Of a DNA stretch of 64,000 nt, positions 9,881 through 20,036 are shown one piece after another. This stretch comes from Hadesarchaea archaeon (GTDB taxonomy: Archaea; Hadarchaeota; Hadarchaeia; Hadarchaeales; WYZ-LMO6), in the NCBI GenBank assembly GCA_029259185.1, contig JAPDJF010000001.1, positions 1-64,000 on the forward strand. Direction: 5' to 3'. Position 1 is the first letter of the stretch. Each line of letters starts with the position of its first letter. The notes beneath the pieces were generated by a model. The model saw only the letters and a program-made list of their open reading frames with translations, searched no databases and was not told the origin of the DNA. The position numbers and the translations under genes are program-made.

Positions 9881-10378
9881 ATGTTTGAGGACGAGTTCTT
9901 TAAGAGGATTCGAAAAGTAATCGAGGAAAGGATAGAAAGGGAAGAGCGAGGCAGGAAGGAAGAATTCTGGGGCAAGTTGGGCCTCCGGGGAATCTCCATT
10001 GAAATAAGAAATGGGGAGGGGGAAGAACCCCAAGTGAAGATTAGGAGGATAAGGGAGCGACCGAGGAGCTATCGTGAGAGTATCAGAACAAAAAATATAG
10101 GGACGGAGAAAAGAATAACTAAGATGCTCGATTCGAGTTGCGTGAGAATCGAGAAACCTCGAGAGATCCTTTTCAGCATGCATATCCCTGGAGCAACTGG
10201 CGAGAGAATTGAGATCAGGAGATACGGAAACGCGCTGGAGGTGCTCGCTAGGAAAGATGATGGAAAGGCGTATTTTTCCACTTTTGAATTACCCTCCGAT
10301 GCAGTTCCCGAGGAACGCGTGGTGAGGGTGAAGGGGGACATCCTTACTATAATAGTACCGAGACGAAGGAAGCAATAG
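9881..10378 (+). CDS. Hsp20/alpha-crystallin-like protein (divergent)
   Basis: IPG....IEI, Y..FELP, GDILTIIVPR. Confidence 0.65.
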   Translation: MFEDEFFKRIRKVIEERIEREERGRKEEFWGKLGLRGISIEIRNGEGEEPQVKIRRIRERPRSYRESIRTKNIGTEKRITKMLDSSCVRIEKPREILFSMHIPGATGERIEIRRYGNALEVLARKDDGKAYFSTFELPSDAVPEERVVRVKGDILTIIVPRRRKQ

Positions 10379-10390
10379 GGAAATCCAGAG

Positions 10391-10906
10391 GTGGGCGCAA
10401 TTCAAGTCAGGCTGGAGATGGAGCTAGAGGATATACCCGGACAACTCGTTCGGGCACTTGAGCCCATATCGAGGTTTGGAGGAAATATAAAGAGCGTGGT
10501 TCATCGAAGGGAGAGAAAAACTCAGCTAGGAATGGTCCCGGTGACCGTGGTTTTGGAGGTGGGAGAAAAAGAGAGATTCAACAGGATCCTTTCAGAACTC
10601 AAATCCATGGGCGTGAGGATAACCCATGTAGGGGAAAGGGAGGAAATGAAGAAGAGGGTAGTCCTGATATCTGGTCCTCTAACGATTGAAGAACTGGATG
10701 AGATCACGAAGAGGGTTGGGGAACTGAAAGGCACAAAGATCTCGGACGTGAGCTTGGCGATGGAAAGCGTAGGGGGTGGAATGGCAGCGCGCTTGACGAT
10801 CAGCGGAAGGAGCGATCGATCCTTGGATAGTGCTTTCTCCCTGATCGAGTCGATTGCGGAAAAAAAGAGATTCCTTTTGATGAAGTCGGTGGAGGAAGGT
10901 GGTTGA
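10391..10906 (+). CDS. ACT-domain protein, homoserine dehydrogenase-associated regulator
   Basis: LEDIPGQLVRALEPISRFGGNIKSVVH; adjacent to hom. Confidence 0.88.
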   Translation: MGAIQVRLEMELEDIPGQLVRALEPISRFGGNIKSVVHRRERKTQLGMVPVTVVLEVGEKERFNRILSELKSMGVRITHVGEREEMKKRVVLISGPLTIEELDEITKRVGELKGTKISDVSLAMESVGGGMAARLTISGRSDRSLDSAFSLIESIAEKKRFLLMKSVEEGG

Positions 10907-11907
10907 AGCTCATATTGGTTGGATTCGGAAATGTGGGGAGAGGTCTCGTTCGAGCGCTCGTGCAGAAAAGGAATTTTTTTTTGAAGGAGCATGGGATGTC
11001 ATGTGAAATCGTTGCGGTGGTGGACGGACACGGGGCGGTGGTGGATGAGAATGGACTGAGCTTCAGACGGCTCCTCAGGATGGTGGAGGAAGGAAATCTG
11101 ATCGGAAGTGAAAGAAAACTTGGGGTTGAGATCATCCGAGAGGTGGATGCCGATGTCGTTTTCGAGCTCACACCCACCAACATCAAAACAGGAGAACCAG
11201 GGTTGACGCATATCAAGACAGCAATGCGTACGGGAAAGAGCGTGATAACTTCCAATAAAGGCCCATTGGTGGTCGCATTCAGGGAGCTTGAAGAGTTAGC
11301 CAAGAAGAGAGGGGTAGAGTTCAGGTATTCTGCTTCGGTGGGTGGAGCCGTGCCCGTGATAGGATTGGCCAAGAGGATCTTGATGGGGAACGAGGTTCTG
11401 GCGATCAGGGGGGTATTGAACGGGACGACGAACTACATCCTCACCCGAATGGCCCAGGAGGACGCACCCTTCGACATCGTTTTGAAGGAGGCTCAAGAGC
11501 TAGGAATAGCAGAAAAGGATCCGAGCCTAGACATCCAAGGAATAGACACAGCTTGTAAGATAACGATTCTGGCCAATTCGGTCCTAGGAATCGACGCGAA
11601 ACTCGGAGAGGTGAAGACGAAGGGGATCTCCGGAGTTACCCCGGAGGCAATCAGGCTCGCCCGAGAGGCAGGATTCACCGTTAAGCTGGTCGGGATTGCG
11701 AGTAAGAGGACATTGGAAGTAGGGCCCAAGCTCGTTCCGATTCACCACCCGCTGGCTGTGAGCGGGACTTTAAATGCCGTGACCTTCGAAGTCGACTTGG
11801 CTAGGGAGATCACCATCAGCGGATTTGGTGCTGGGCCGAGGGAGACTTCAAGTTCTCTACTCGGTGATTTAGTGGATGTATACCAGGCGATCAGTCAGAG
11901 GGGTTGA
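10903..11907 (+). CDS. hom: Homoserine dehydrogenase
   Basis: GFGNVG, TSNKGP, VGGAVP, LNGTTNYIL, GAGPRET. Confidence 0.95.
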   Translation: MKLILVGFGNVGRGLVRALVQKRNFFLKEHGMSCEIVAVVDGHGAVVDENGLSFRRLLRMVEEGNLIGSERKLGVEIIREVDADVVFELTPTNIKTGEPGLTHIKTAMRTGKSVITSNKGPLVVAFRELEELAKKRGVEFRYSASVGGAVPVIGLAKRILMGNEVLAIRGVLNGTTNYILTRMAQEDAPFDIVLKEAQELGIAEKDPSLDIQGIDTACKITILANSVLGIDAKLGEVKTKGISGVTPEAIRLAREAGFTVKLVGIASKRTLEVGPKLVPIHHPLAVSGTLNAVTFEVDLAREITISGFGAGPRETSSSLLGDLVDVYQAISQRG

Positions 11908-11909
11908 CC

Positions 11910-12060
11910 GGTCTAGAGAACTTCGTGATTGGCGTGTGGATGGGTAGGGTTGGGGATAGGATTTTCCGCGATCACCGGAAAGCTCGTTTCGGAGATAGTG
12001 TTGGATGGAAAGCCGTCCATACCGATAGACGAATTCGGTTACCCTAGACCCATCGGATAG
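11910..12060 (+). pseudogene. C-terminal remnant of FAD-dependent oxidoreductase (DAO/glycine oxidase family)
   Basis: GLENFVIG then, in another frame, GIGFSAITGKLVSEIVLDGKPSIPIDEF. Confidence 0.6.
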
Positions 12061-12105
12061 CGTTCTCTCTCTCATCACGCATAGGCTATTAATCGGTTAA
12101 ACGTA

Positions 12106-13338
12106 GTGGAATGGATGAGGTCGTGGTTCGAGTATGAGTGTATAGATTGCGGTAAGAGACAGCCTCCTGAGAAGAGATTTTATGTCTGTCCTGAGTGTGG
12201 AGGATTGTTGGAGATAGAGCTAGACCTCCAGTATATCTCAGAGCGTTTGGATCGGGAGGCGCTTGAGAGGAAACCCCTGAACGTGTGGAGGTATCGACAG
12301 TTTTTGCCGATCGTGGATGAGTCCAAGATAGTCACTCTCCAAGAAGGAGGGACACCACTGTACAGGTGTAGACGATTAGAGGAGAAGCTCGGGATAGCAG
12401 AGTTCTACGTGAAGTACGAGGGAGCTAATCCTACCGGATCCTTCAAAGACAGGGGGATGACGGTAGGGGTCACAAAGGCCCTCGAGTTTGGGGTGAAGAC
12501 AGTGGCTTGTGCATCCACCGGCAACACCTCAGCCTCACTCGCGGCTTATGCGGCCAAAGCTGGGCTGAAGTGTTTAGTGATCCTCCCTAGCGGAAAAGTA
12601 GCCCTGGGGAAACTGGCACAGGCGGCGATTCACGGGGCACGCATAGTAGCCGTTAAGGGAAACTTCGATCGGGCACTTTCACTCGTCCGGCAGATATGTG
12701 AGAAGCGTGGGGACATATATCTACTAAACTCCCTCAATCCCTTCAGGCCGCAGGGACAGAAGACGATAGGGTTCGAAATAGCCGATCAACTCGGGTGGGG
12801 CGTTCCGGATCGATTAGTGGTCCCGATGGGGAACTGCGCTAACATATGGGCGATATACAAGGGATTCTTTGAGTTAAAAGAGGTGGGCATGATAGAAAAC
12901 ATACCGAGGATGGTGGGGATCCAAGCTGAAGGGGCTAAACCCATAGTCGATGCGGTGAGGAAGGGGATTGATAAATTCATTCCAGTTGAGAACCCGGAGA
13001 CGATAGCAACGGCTATCCGTATAGGCAATCCGGTGAACGGTTCGAAGGCGATCCGGGCCATAAAGCGCTCGGGCGGTACGGCTGAGAGCGTAACGGATGA
13101 GGAGATAATAGAAGCCCAGCGTGAACTAGCTAGGTCAGAGGGAATAGGTGTCGAACCCGCCAGCGCGGCAGCGATAGCAGGGATTAAAAAGCTCATAGAG
13201 AGAGGGGAAGTGGACAGAGATGAGAAGGTAGTTTGTGTGGCCACGGGTAACGTGCTCAAGGATCCGGAAGAAGCAGTGCGGGTATCTGAGAGCCCCTTGG
13301 AAACGGAGCCGGAGGAGGTATTGAAGGTGGTAGGATGA
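12106..13338 (+). CDS. thrC: Threonine synthase
   Basis: NPTGSFKDRG PLP lysine, CASTGNTSASLAAYAA, VEPASAA. Confidence 0.96.
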   Translation: MEWMRSWFEYECIDCGKRQPPEKRFYVCPECGGLLEIELDLQYISERLDREALERKPLNVWRYRQFLPIVDESKIVTLQEGGTPLYRCRRLEEKLGIAEFYVKYEGANPTGSFKDRGMTVGVTKALEFGVKTVACASTGNTSASLAAYAAKAGLKCLVILPSGKVALGKLAQAAIHGARIVAVKGNFDRALSLVRQICEKRGDIYLLNSLNPFRPQGQKTIGFEIADQLGWGVPDRLVVPMGNCANIWAIYKGFFELKEVGMIENIPRMVGIQAEGAKPIVDAVRKGIDKFIPVENPETIATAIRIGNPVNGSKAIRAIKRSGGTAESVTDEEIIEAQRELARSEGIGVEPASAAAIAGIKKLIERGEVDRDEKVVCVATGNVLKDPEEAVRVSESPLETEPEEVLKVVG

Positions 13339-14663
13339 GACTGATGCATCCGAGCGAAATCCTTAATCGAACATTTGAACTCCTCAGGAAACATCACGAG
13401 TGGATGAAGGGGACTGTAAATCTGATAGCTAGTGAGAATGTAACGAGCGTTGCCGTTAGGGAAGCGTTGATAAGTGATTTCCAGCATCGATACGCCGAGG
13501 GCTGGCCGGGGGAAAGAGTTTACGCGGGTTGTAAGTACATCGACCAGATAGAGCTCATGAGCATAGACTTAGCCAAGCAGCTCTTTAAGGCGGAGCATGC
13601 CAACGTTCAGCCGACCTCAGGAGTGGCGGCAAACTTGGCAATGTTCACCGCACTCACTGAGCCAGGGGACACGATGATGTGTCTCTCCATCCCATCGGGG
13701 GGGCACATAAGCATGGGAAAGAAAAAGCTTGGAGGGACAGCAGGGGCAGTTCATGGCTTGCAGGTGGAGAACTGGCCCTTCGATGAAGGGCGCATGAACA
13801 TCGATGTGGATGCAGCGATAAAGAAAGTGAGAGAGGTGAGACCGAAACTCTTACTCTTCGGTGGGAGCGTGTTCTTGTTCCCCCATCCTGTGAAAGAGTT
13901 CGCAGAAATCGCAAACGAGGTGGGAGCACACATCGCGTATGATGCCGCTCATGTGGCGGGCCTGATAGCTGGGGGACAGTTCCAAGATCCACTCAGGGAG
14001 GGGGCGGACGTGATGACTTGTAGTACCCATAAAACCCTGCCCGGACCCCAACACGGGATGATCCTTTGCAAGCAGGAGCTTGCAGAGAGGATAAACAAAG
14101 CGGTTTTCCCAGGTGTGGTGAGCAACCATCATCTCCACTGTGTTGCTGCGTTGAACGTAGCGCTGGCGGAGATGTTAGAGTTTGGGAAGGAGTATGCCAT
14201 CCAGATAATCAAGAATGCGAGAGCACTCGCTAAAGAGCTCTATGAAAGAGGATTCAGTGTGCTGTGTCCGGATCAAGGGTTCACTTCTTCTCACACGATT
14301 CTCATAGACGTGACGAAATACGGTGGGGGAGGGATCATTGAGAAGAGGCTAGAGGAGGCTAATATAATCATAAACCGCAACTTGCTCCCCTGGGATCTAC
14401 GAGAGGGCAGACACTACGTGAATCCAGGTGGTATAAGACTGGGAGTCTCAGAGGTCACCAGGCTTGGTATGAGAGAAGGAGAAATGAAGGAAGTGGCAGA
14501 CTTCATCACAAGAGTGGTAGTGGATGGGATCTCACCTACTCGAGTTGCGGTGGAAGTTCAGGAGTTCAAGAAGAGGTTCACCAAGCTTCACTATGCGTTC
14601 GACTCCATGGATGAGGCATACGAATACATAAGGATACGAGGGAATCCCCCCTCATCCGGATAA
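13335..14663 (+). CDS. glyA: Serine hydroxymethyltransferase
   Basis: LIASEN, RYAEG, YDAAHVAGL, STHKTLPGP. Confidence 0.97.
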   Translation: MRLMHPSEILNRTFELLRKHHEWMKGTVNLIASENVTSVAVREALISDFQHRYAEGWPGERVYAGCKYIDQIELMSIDLAKQLFKAEHANVQPTSGVAANLAMFTALTEPGDTMMCLSIPSGGHISMGKKKLGGTAGAVHGLQVENWPFDEGRMNIDVDAAIKKVREVRPKLLLFGGSVFLFPHPVKEFAEIANEVGAHIAYDAAHVAGLIAGGQFQDPLREGADVMTCSTHKTLPGPQHGMILCKQELAERINKAVFPGVVSNHHLHCVAALNVALAEMLEFGKEYAIQIIKNARALAKELYERGFSVLCPDQGFTSSHTILIDVTKYGGGGIIEKRLEEANIIINRNLLPWDLREGRHYVNPGGIRLGVSEVTRLGMREGEMKEVADFITRVVVDGISPTRVAVEVQEFKKRFTKLHYAFDSMDEAYEYIRIRGNPPSSG

Positions 14664-14894
14664 CTTTCAACGATCTCTCTGAGAGGTGCTTTTTTCTGGA
14701 GTGATGGCCGTGTAGGTTAGAGATGGCACGCTTGTCTCTTCTCGGGAGAAGAAAAATAACACAACATATTCTTAGGGGAGTGCAAAAAATTTGCTTCTTT
14801 TTAAACCATGTGAACCAATGGACACCGATTTGGCTAAATAGCTCCCACTTCCTCCAAGGGAACCGGAGGTCAAGGGGGGTAATTTCTGGAGGAG

Positions 14895-17800
14895 ATAGGT
14901 CTCTCCGTCGATGAGGAAATAAAGGAGAAGCTTACAGGATTTTTCCAGAGCAAGCGGATTTTGAAGGAGGTATATGCAGCTTCGTCAGCGGGGCGGGATT
15001 CGCTCGTGATAGATTTCGACAATTTGGTTGAGCACGACATTACACTAGCAAAATACTTGTTGGAGAGCCCCCATCCCTTTTTCAAAATAGCCAACGGGCT
15101 GCTTGTTGAACTGACTGGAAACCCGAAAATACAACTCCGGGTTAGGGGGGCGGGGGGCCTCACCAGGATAAGGGAGCTCAGGGCCACCCATGTCGGAAAG
15201 TTTGTCCAAGTGGAGGGGATCCTCACCCGTGCGAGCGAGATAAAGCCGGAGATAAGGGAGGCCCTCTTCAGGTGTCTCCATTGCGGGGAGCTTAATCCGG
15301 TGCCCCAGAGCGACGAGGTGTTCAGAGAGCCGTTGAGTTGTCAGAATCCAAATTGTAGACGACGAGGCCCCTTCAAACTGGAAGTGGAGCAATCGGAGTT
15401 CAGGGACTGGCAGAGCCTCCGTGTTCAAGAGAGACATGAGGAGCTCAGGGGGGGACGCATGCCGATGATGCTCGATTGCATAGTCAGGGACGACTTGGTG
15501 GATGTAGCAGTTCCTGGAAATCACGTGATCCTGAGTGGCGTGTTGGAGGTATTCCAGGAGAGTTTCAAGCAGAGACGAAAGACTTTCCGCAAGATCCTCT
15601 ATGTTTCCTACCTAGAGGTAATTCAGAAGGGCGTCGAAGAAACGGAGCTGAGTGAGGAAGACGAGAAGCAGATAGAGGAGATGGTAAAGGACCCTTGGCT
15701 CTACAATAGGGTGATTCAGTCCATAGCTCCGAGCGTCCACGGGTATGAAGCCGTCAAGGAAGGAATAGCTCTCATGCTTTTCGGATGTGATCCTTTGGCC
15801 CTCCCAGATGGTACGCGCGTGAGGGGAGATACCCACATCCTGCTAACAGGTGATCCGGGGGTGGCGAAGAGCATGCTCCTGACATGGGTGGCGGGGGTAG
15901 CGCCACGCGGGCTCTACACGTCTGGGAAGAAGGCGACGGGGGCAGGGCTTACAGCCACAGCCGTTAGAGATGAACTCGGCGGGGGATGGACACTCGAAGC
16001 TGGAGCTCTCGTGATAGCCGATGGGGGGGTTGCTTGCTTGCATCCCTCAACTCACATAATTTACAATGGGAGGATCGTTCGGATAAGTGAACTCGCTGAT
16101 GGAGTGAACTTCGAGAAAGCTTGGTCTGGGGGGGAAGAGGTTGAAGTTGGAGCCATCGATGGCGAGGTTCCTTCCCTAAACTTGAGAACTTTAAAGGTTG
16201 AATACACGCCGGCCGTCCTGATCCGGCGGAAACGTTACTGTGGAGAGATGGTGAGAATGAGGTTCAGATCAGGGTTTGAGATAAGTGTCACTCCAGACCA
16301 CCTCTTGTTGGACGGAGATACGTTCGGGTGGAAGGAGGCATCGGATTTTAGAGAGCTGGATCGAGTGGTAGCACCGTCTCACATTCCGAGCTACAGGGGA
16401 GAGGTTTTCCTGTGGGATATCCTACCCGAGGACTGCTTGGTCTACCTAACCCCAAAGGAGAAAAATGAATTGGAACGGCTGTTGAAGCAGAGATTCAGAA
16501 CGTTGGCTACTGCCAGTAAAGTGCTTAGTATCCCGTGTTTGCCTGCATTTTTCCATGGGGGGGTACATCCCCTCCTTGGGGAACTCAGAGCGATGGTAAG
16601 GGCGGTGGGCGTTGAGTGGGAGTGGAGAGTCAAGCCTCACCGGTACTTCGGGTCGGAAACAAAAATCGCAAGGTTGACATGGGAGCTAGGGTACCTTCTA
16701 GGATTCATCTTCGGAAGCGACACGGTGGAGAGTGAACCCGAGGCAGATGTCCCTCCGAGTCGATCGGTCAAGTCGCGAGCGTGCATTGAGAGATTCAGAG
16801 ACTGCTGGAACAGGGTTTTCCCAGAGTTTTCGTACGGGGAATTGGGGAGACGATTCCATCCGAGGAGTGGGAATAACCGTGAGTTAAGGATGCTGGCTTG
16901 GCTCTACAATTTCTCCTTCGGAAACGATTTGAAGAATCTCCCATCTCTATCACCAGAATTCATAGCGGGAGTTTTTGCTGGCCTGACGGATTCACATGAA
17001 GGTAATCTAGGGTGTGGGGGGGAGGGGGAAAAACTCGTCCGTAACGTGTCCGAGGGGATCAACCGATTGGACTTGAATTTTTTGCTCGCCCTTCGGATGA
17101 TCGACCGGTACGGAATCTGTGGGGGGTGTGTGAATAATGTTGTACCTTCTGGAAAGCGCGATTGTCAGGGGTTCGAACAGGTCGGCTGTTTGGTGGAGGT
17201 GTCCACCGAGGTCGGGAGGAGAGGTGGTTCAGAGTTCAGCGTACGAGAAAGAGAGCGCGGAACTTTCCCTACAGGGGAAGGAAAAGATTGGTTCAGTCCT
17301 CGAGATTCGATCCGCTTCGATTGTTTCTTAGATCAGTTAGTCAAAGTGGAACGGGAGAAGTATGAAGGGTACGTGTACGATATCTACGTGCCCCATTCAC
17401 ATAATTTCATCGCGGAGGGGGTGTTCGTCCACAATTGTATAGATGAGTTCGACAAGATGAGCGAAGAGGATAGGAGCGCAATACTCGAAGCACTTGAGCA
17501 ACAAACGATAAGTGTGGCGAAAGCAGGGATAGTCGCAACGCTTAATGCACGCACCTCGGTGCTTGCAGCCTCCAACCCGAAGGCTGGAAGGCTCGATCGG
17601 AGCAGGAACTTAAACGAACAGATAGCACTGGACCCCGTGCTCCTTTCGAGGTTTGATCTCATTTTCGTAATGAGGGATGAACCTAGAGGGGATGTGGATA
17701 AGAGGATCGCTAGACACATGTTGGAGCTCCATAGAAAGCCAGAGATCGCGAAGCCCCCGATCGATGCTGAAACCCTACGTAAACTCATAATTTACGCGAG

Positions 17801-18311
17801 GAAGTACATCCATCCAAAACTAACCAGCGAGCGCGTGATAAAGCGCATAGAAGATTTCTACGTGAGGAACAGGAGTGTGGCCGAGAGGGGTGAAGCACCG
17901 ATCCCCATAACCCCGAGGCAACTGGAGTCCCTGATAAGACTAGCCAAGGCGAGCGCCCGGATGCACTTCAGAGAAGAGGTGACAGAGGAAGATGCGACGC
18001 GGGCAATAGAGCTGATCAACCGATACCTTAGGGAAGCGGGATTCGATGCGTCTACGGGCAAAATAGATGTGGACATAATACTCACGGGTAAGAGCAAGTC
18101 TCAGCGAGATAAGATCCAACGAGTCATGGATATCATAGCTAAGCTTGAAACTACCCACGGTGGAGCGGCACCCTTGGAAGAGATCAAGAGGGTAGCCGAG
18201 GAGGATGGGATAGAACCCAACTTCGTCCAACGGGTGATAGAGGAGGAGATGCGCAACGGCTTCTTATACGAGCCCAAACCGGGGCACGTGACTAGGGTGA
18301 TAAAGGGATGA
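14895..18311 (+). CDS. mcm: MCM replicative helicase with one intein
   Basis: Zn finger, GDPGVAKS Walker A, IDEFDKM Walker B, SRFD arginine finger; start uncertain (ATA 14895 or TTG 14961). Confidence 0.96.
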   Translation: MGLSVDEEIKEKLTGFFQSKRILKEVYAASSAGRDSLVIDFDNLVEHDITLAKYLLESPHPFFKIANGLLVELTGNPKIQLRVRGAGGLTRIRELRATHVGKFVQVEGILTRASEIKPEIREALFRCLHCGELNPVPQSDEVFREPLSCQNPNCRRRGPFKLEVEQSEFRDWQSLRVQERHEELRGGRMPMMLDCIVRDDLVDVAVPGNHVILSGVLEVFQESFKQRRKTFRKILYVSYLEVIQKGVEETELSEEDEKQIEEMVKDPWLYNRVIQSIAPSVHGYEAVKEGIALMLFGCDPLALPDGTRVRGDTHILLTGDPGVAKSMLLTWVAGVAPRGLYTSGKKATGAGLTATAVRDELGGGWTLEAGALVIADGGVACLHPSTHIIYNGRIVRISELADGVNFEKAWSGGEEVEVGAIDGEVPSLNLRTLKVEYTPAVLIRRKRYCGEMVRMRFRSGFEISVTPDHLLLDGDTFGWKEASDFRELDRVVAPSHIPSYRGEVFLWDILPEDCLVYLTPKEKNELERLLKQRFRTLATASKVLSIPCLPAFFHGGVHPLLGELRAMVRAVGVEWEWRVKPHRYFGSETKIARLTWELGYLLGFIFGSDTVESEPEADVPPSRSVKSRACIERFRDCWNRVFPEFSYGELGRRFHPRSGNNRELRMLAWLYNFSFGNDLKNLPSLSPEFIAGVFAGLTDSHEGNLGCGGEGEKLVRNVSEGINRLDLNFLLALRMIDRYGICGGCVNNVVPSGKRDCQGFEQVGCLVEVSTEVGRRGGSEFSVRERERGTFPTGEGKDWFSPRDSIRFDCFLDQLVKVEREKYEGYVYDIYVPHSHNFIAEGVFVHNCIDEFDKMSEEDRSAILEALEQQTISVAKAGIVATLNARTSVLAASNPKAGRLDRSRNLNEQIALDPVLLSRFDLIFVMRDEPRGDVDKRIARHMLELHRKPEIAKPPIDAETLRKLIIYARKYIHPKLTSERVIKRIEDFYVRNRSVAERGEAPIPITPRQLESLIRLAKASARMHFREEVTEEDATRAIELINRYLREAGFDASTGKIDVDIILTGKSKSQRDKIQRVMDIIAKLETTHGGAAPLEEIKRVAEEDGIEPNFVQRVIEEEMRNGFLYEPKPGHVTRVIKG
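16035..17435 (+). mobile_element. Intein (467 aa) in MCM immediately before Walker B, with degenerate LAGLIDADG region
   Basis: ADGGVA|CLHP..VTPDH..VYDIYV..HNFIAEGVFVHN|CIDEF. Confidence 0.93.
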
Positions 18312-18844
18312 AGATCAGGGCCATCGTTCGAAAGGGGGTCGGTGAAGTGGAGATCGCGGGGAGGAAGTTGGGCCCGTTCAGGGAGGGGGAAGAGGTAGAG
18401 CTGGAGCACTGGGAGTTAAGAGTCTTGAGGAGACATGGGATGGCTGAACCTGCTCAAAGGATGGGCATTGCCGAGTTGCGGAAGGTGTTAATCTCGGAGG
18501 GAAAGCAAGCGGAGCTCTCCGTTTTGCCAGAGTGGTTTTATCACTCGGTTGCTGGAGAAATAGAGAGTCTCCGGAGGGAGGGAAAAAACGAAAAAGCCAA
18601 TGAACTTCGGGCGGCGCTGGAGAGTTTCATAGAGATGCGGTTACACAAACTCGTGAAACTCGCACTCTCTCCCTCGGAGGCCAAGGGGGCACTCCCTGAA
18701 GAACGGATGCTTTTGTCTCGTCTATCCTCTTGTGTGGAGGAATGGATCGAATGGTTGAATGAGCGTTTCGAGAGAAAGGAGGTGGGGGGAATTGGAGCAC
18801 GAGGGAATATTCCGAATGTGGTTGGAGAGAAAACCGATATTTAA
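18308..18844 (+). CDS. GINS subunit Gins23-like
   Basis: N-terminal B-domain LGPFREGEEVELEHW, LPEWFY, R..KLVKLA; next to mcm. Confidence 0.75.
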   Translation: MKIRAIVRKGVGEVEIAGRKLGPFREGEEVELEHWELRVLRRHGMAEPAQRMGIAELRKVLISEGKQAELSVLPEWFYHSVAGEIESLRREGKNEKANELRAALESFIEMRLHKLVKLALSPSEAKGALPEERMLLSRLSSCVEEWIEWLNERFERKEVGGIGARGNIPNVVGEKTDI

Positions 18845-20036
18845 GAACAGGGAGTACCTGCGACCAACCTACACTCCCGAGAGACTCCCGCATCGTGAGG
18901 AACAGATCCACCAACTAGCTAGGATCTTGGTCGCCCCGCTTCGGGGGGAAACCCCGTCCAACATCTTCATTTACGGGAAGACGGGGACGGGAAAGACGGC
19001 GACAGTTAAGTACGTGATAAAGGAGCTGGAGAAGGTGGGAAAAGAGCTCCAGCGGAGGGTAGAGGGGATTTATGTAAATTGTGAGATGGTCAACACACGC
19101 TACAGGGTACTAGCAACCTTGGTGAATTGCTTGGTGGGAGGCGATAGGGGGGCTCGAGGCGTTCCAATGACTGGGTGGCCAACCGATGCGGTCTATGATT
19201 GCTTCCTCCGATCCCTTGACTCAACGGAGCGCGTGGTGGTGATAGTTATGGACGAAGTGGACAGGCTCGTTGCCAAGAACGGAGACGATGTGCTTTACGA
19301 CTTGACCAGAATAAACTCAGAGCTTAGGAGCACTAAGGTGAGCGTCATCGGGATCTCAAACGATGCTAGGTTCACGACTTACCTTGATCCGCGGGTGAAA
19401 AGCAGTCTCGGAGAGGAGGAGATAGTTTTTCCTCCTTATAACGCGATCCAACTCAAAGACATTTTAGAGCAGAGGGCGTCGGAGGCTTTCAACCCAAGGG
19501 TCTTGGGGGAGGGCGTGATTCAGCTTTGTGCCGCCCATGCAGCGAGGGAGCATGGGGATGCGAGAAGGGCTCTTGATCTGTTGAGAGTAGCCGGAGAACT
19601 TGCGGAGAGGGATAATACTGGAATGGTGACGGTGGAGCATGTGAGGAGGGCATACGAGAAAGTAGAGCAGGACAAAATGATGGAGCTCATAAGAACTCTC
19701 CCGAGCCAGTCGAAACTCGTGCTCTACAGCGTACTCTTGTTGACCGAAAAGGGGAGGAACAGGATAACGACGGGAGAGGTTTACGAAGCGTACAGGAGGA
19801 TATGCAGGTCCGGTGGGGTGGACGTCTTGACCCCCCGCAGGGTGAGTGACCTCATCTCAGAGTTAGACATGCTCGGAGTGATAAGCACCCAACTTATCAG
19901 CAGCGGGCGTTACGGTAGGACGAAAGAGATAGTCCTCAACATTTCTCCGGTTCAGCTTAGAGCGGCCTTGCAAGAAGATGACTCAATAAGCACTATCGAC
20001 GTGCTCACGCTCCCACGTCAGCTGACGCTCATGTAG
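18792..20036 (+). CDS. cdc6: Orc1/Cdc6 replication initiator
   Basis: PERLPHRE, YGKTGTGKT, MDEVD, GDARRALDLLR, GRYGRT winged helix. Confidence 0.96.
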   Translation: MEHEGIFRMWLERKPIFKNREYLRPTYTPERLPHREEQIHQLARILVAPLRGETPSNIFIYGKTGTGKTATVKYVIKELEKVGKELQRRVEGIYVNCEMVNTRYRVLATLVNCLVGGDRGARGVPMTGWPTDAVYDCFLRSLDSTERVVVIVMDEVDRLVAKNGDDVLYDLTRINSELRSTKVSVIGISNDARFTTYLDPRVKSSLGEEEIVFPPYNAIQLKDILEQRASEAFNPRVLGEGVIQLCAAHAAREHGDARRALDLLRVAGELAERDNTGMVTVEHVRRAYEKVEQDKMMELIRTLPSQSKLVLYSVLLLTEKGRNRITTGEVYEAYRRICRSGGVDVLTPRRVSDLISELDMLGVISTQLISSGRYGRTKEIVLNISPVQLRAALQEDDSISTIDVLTLPRQLTLM

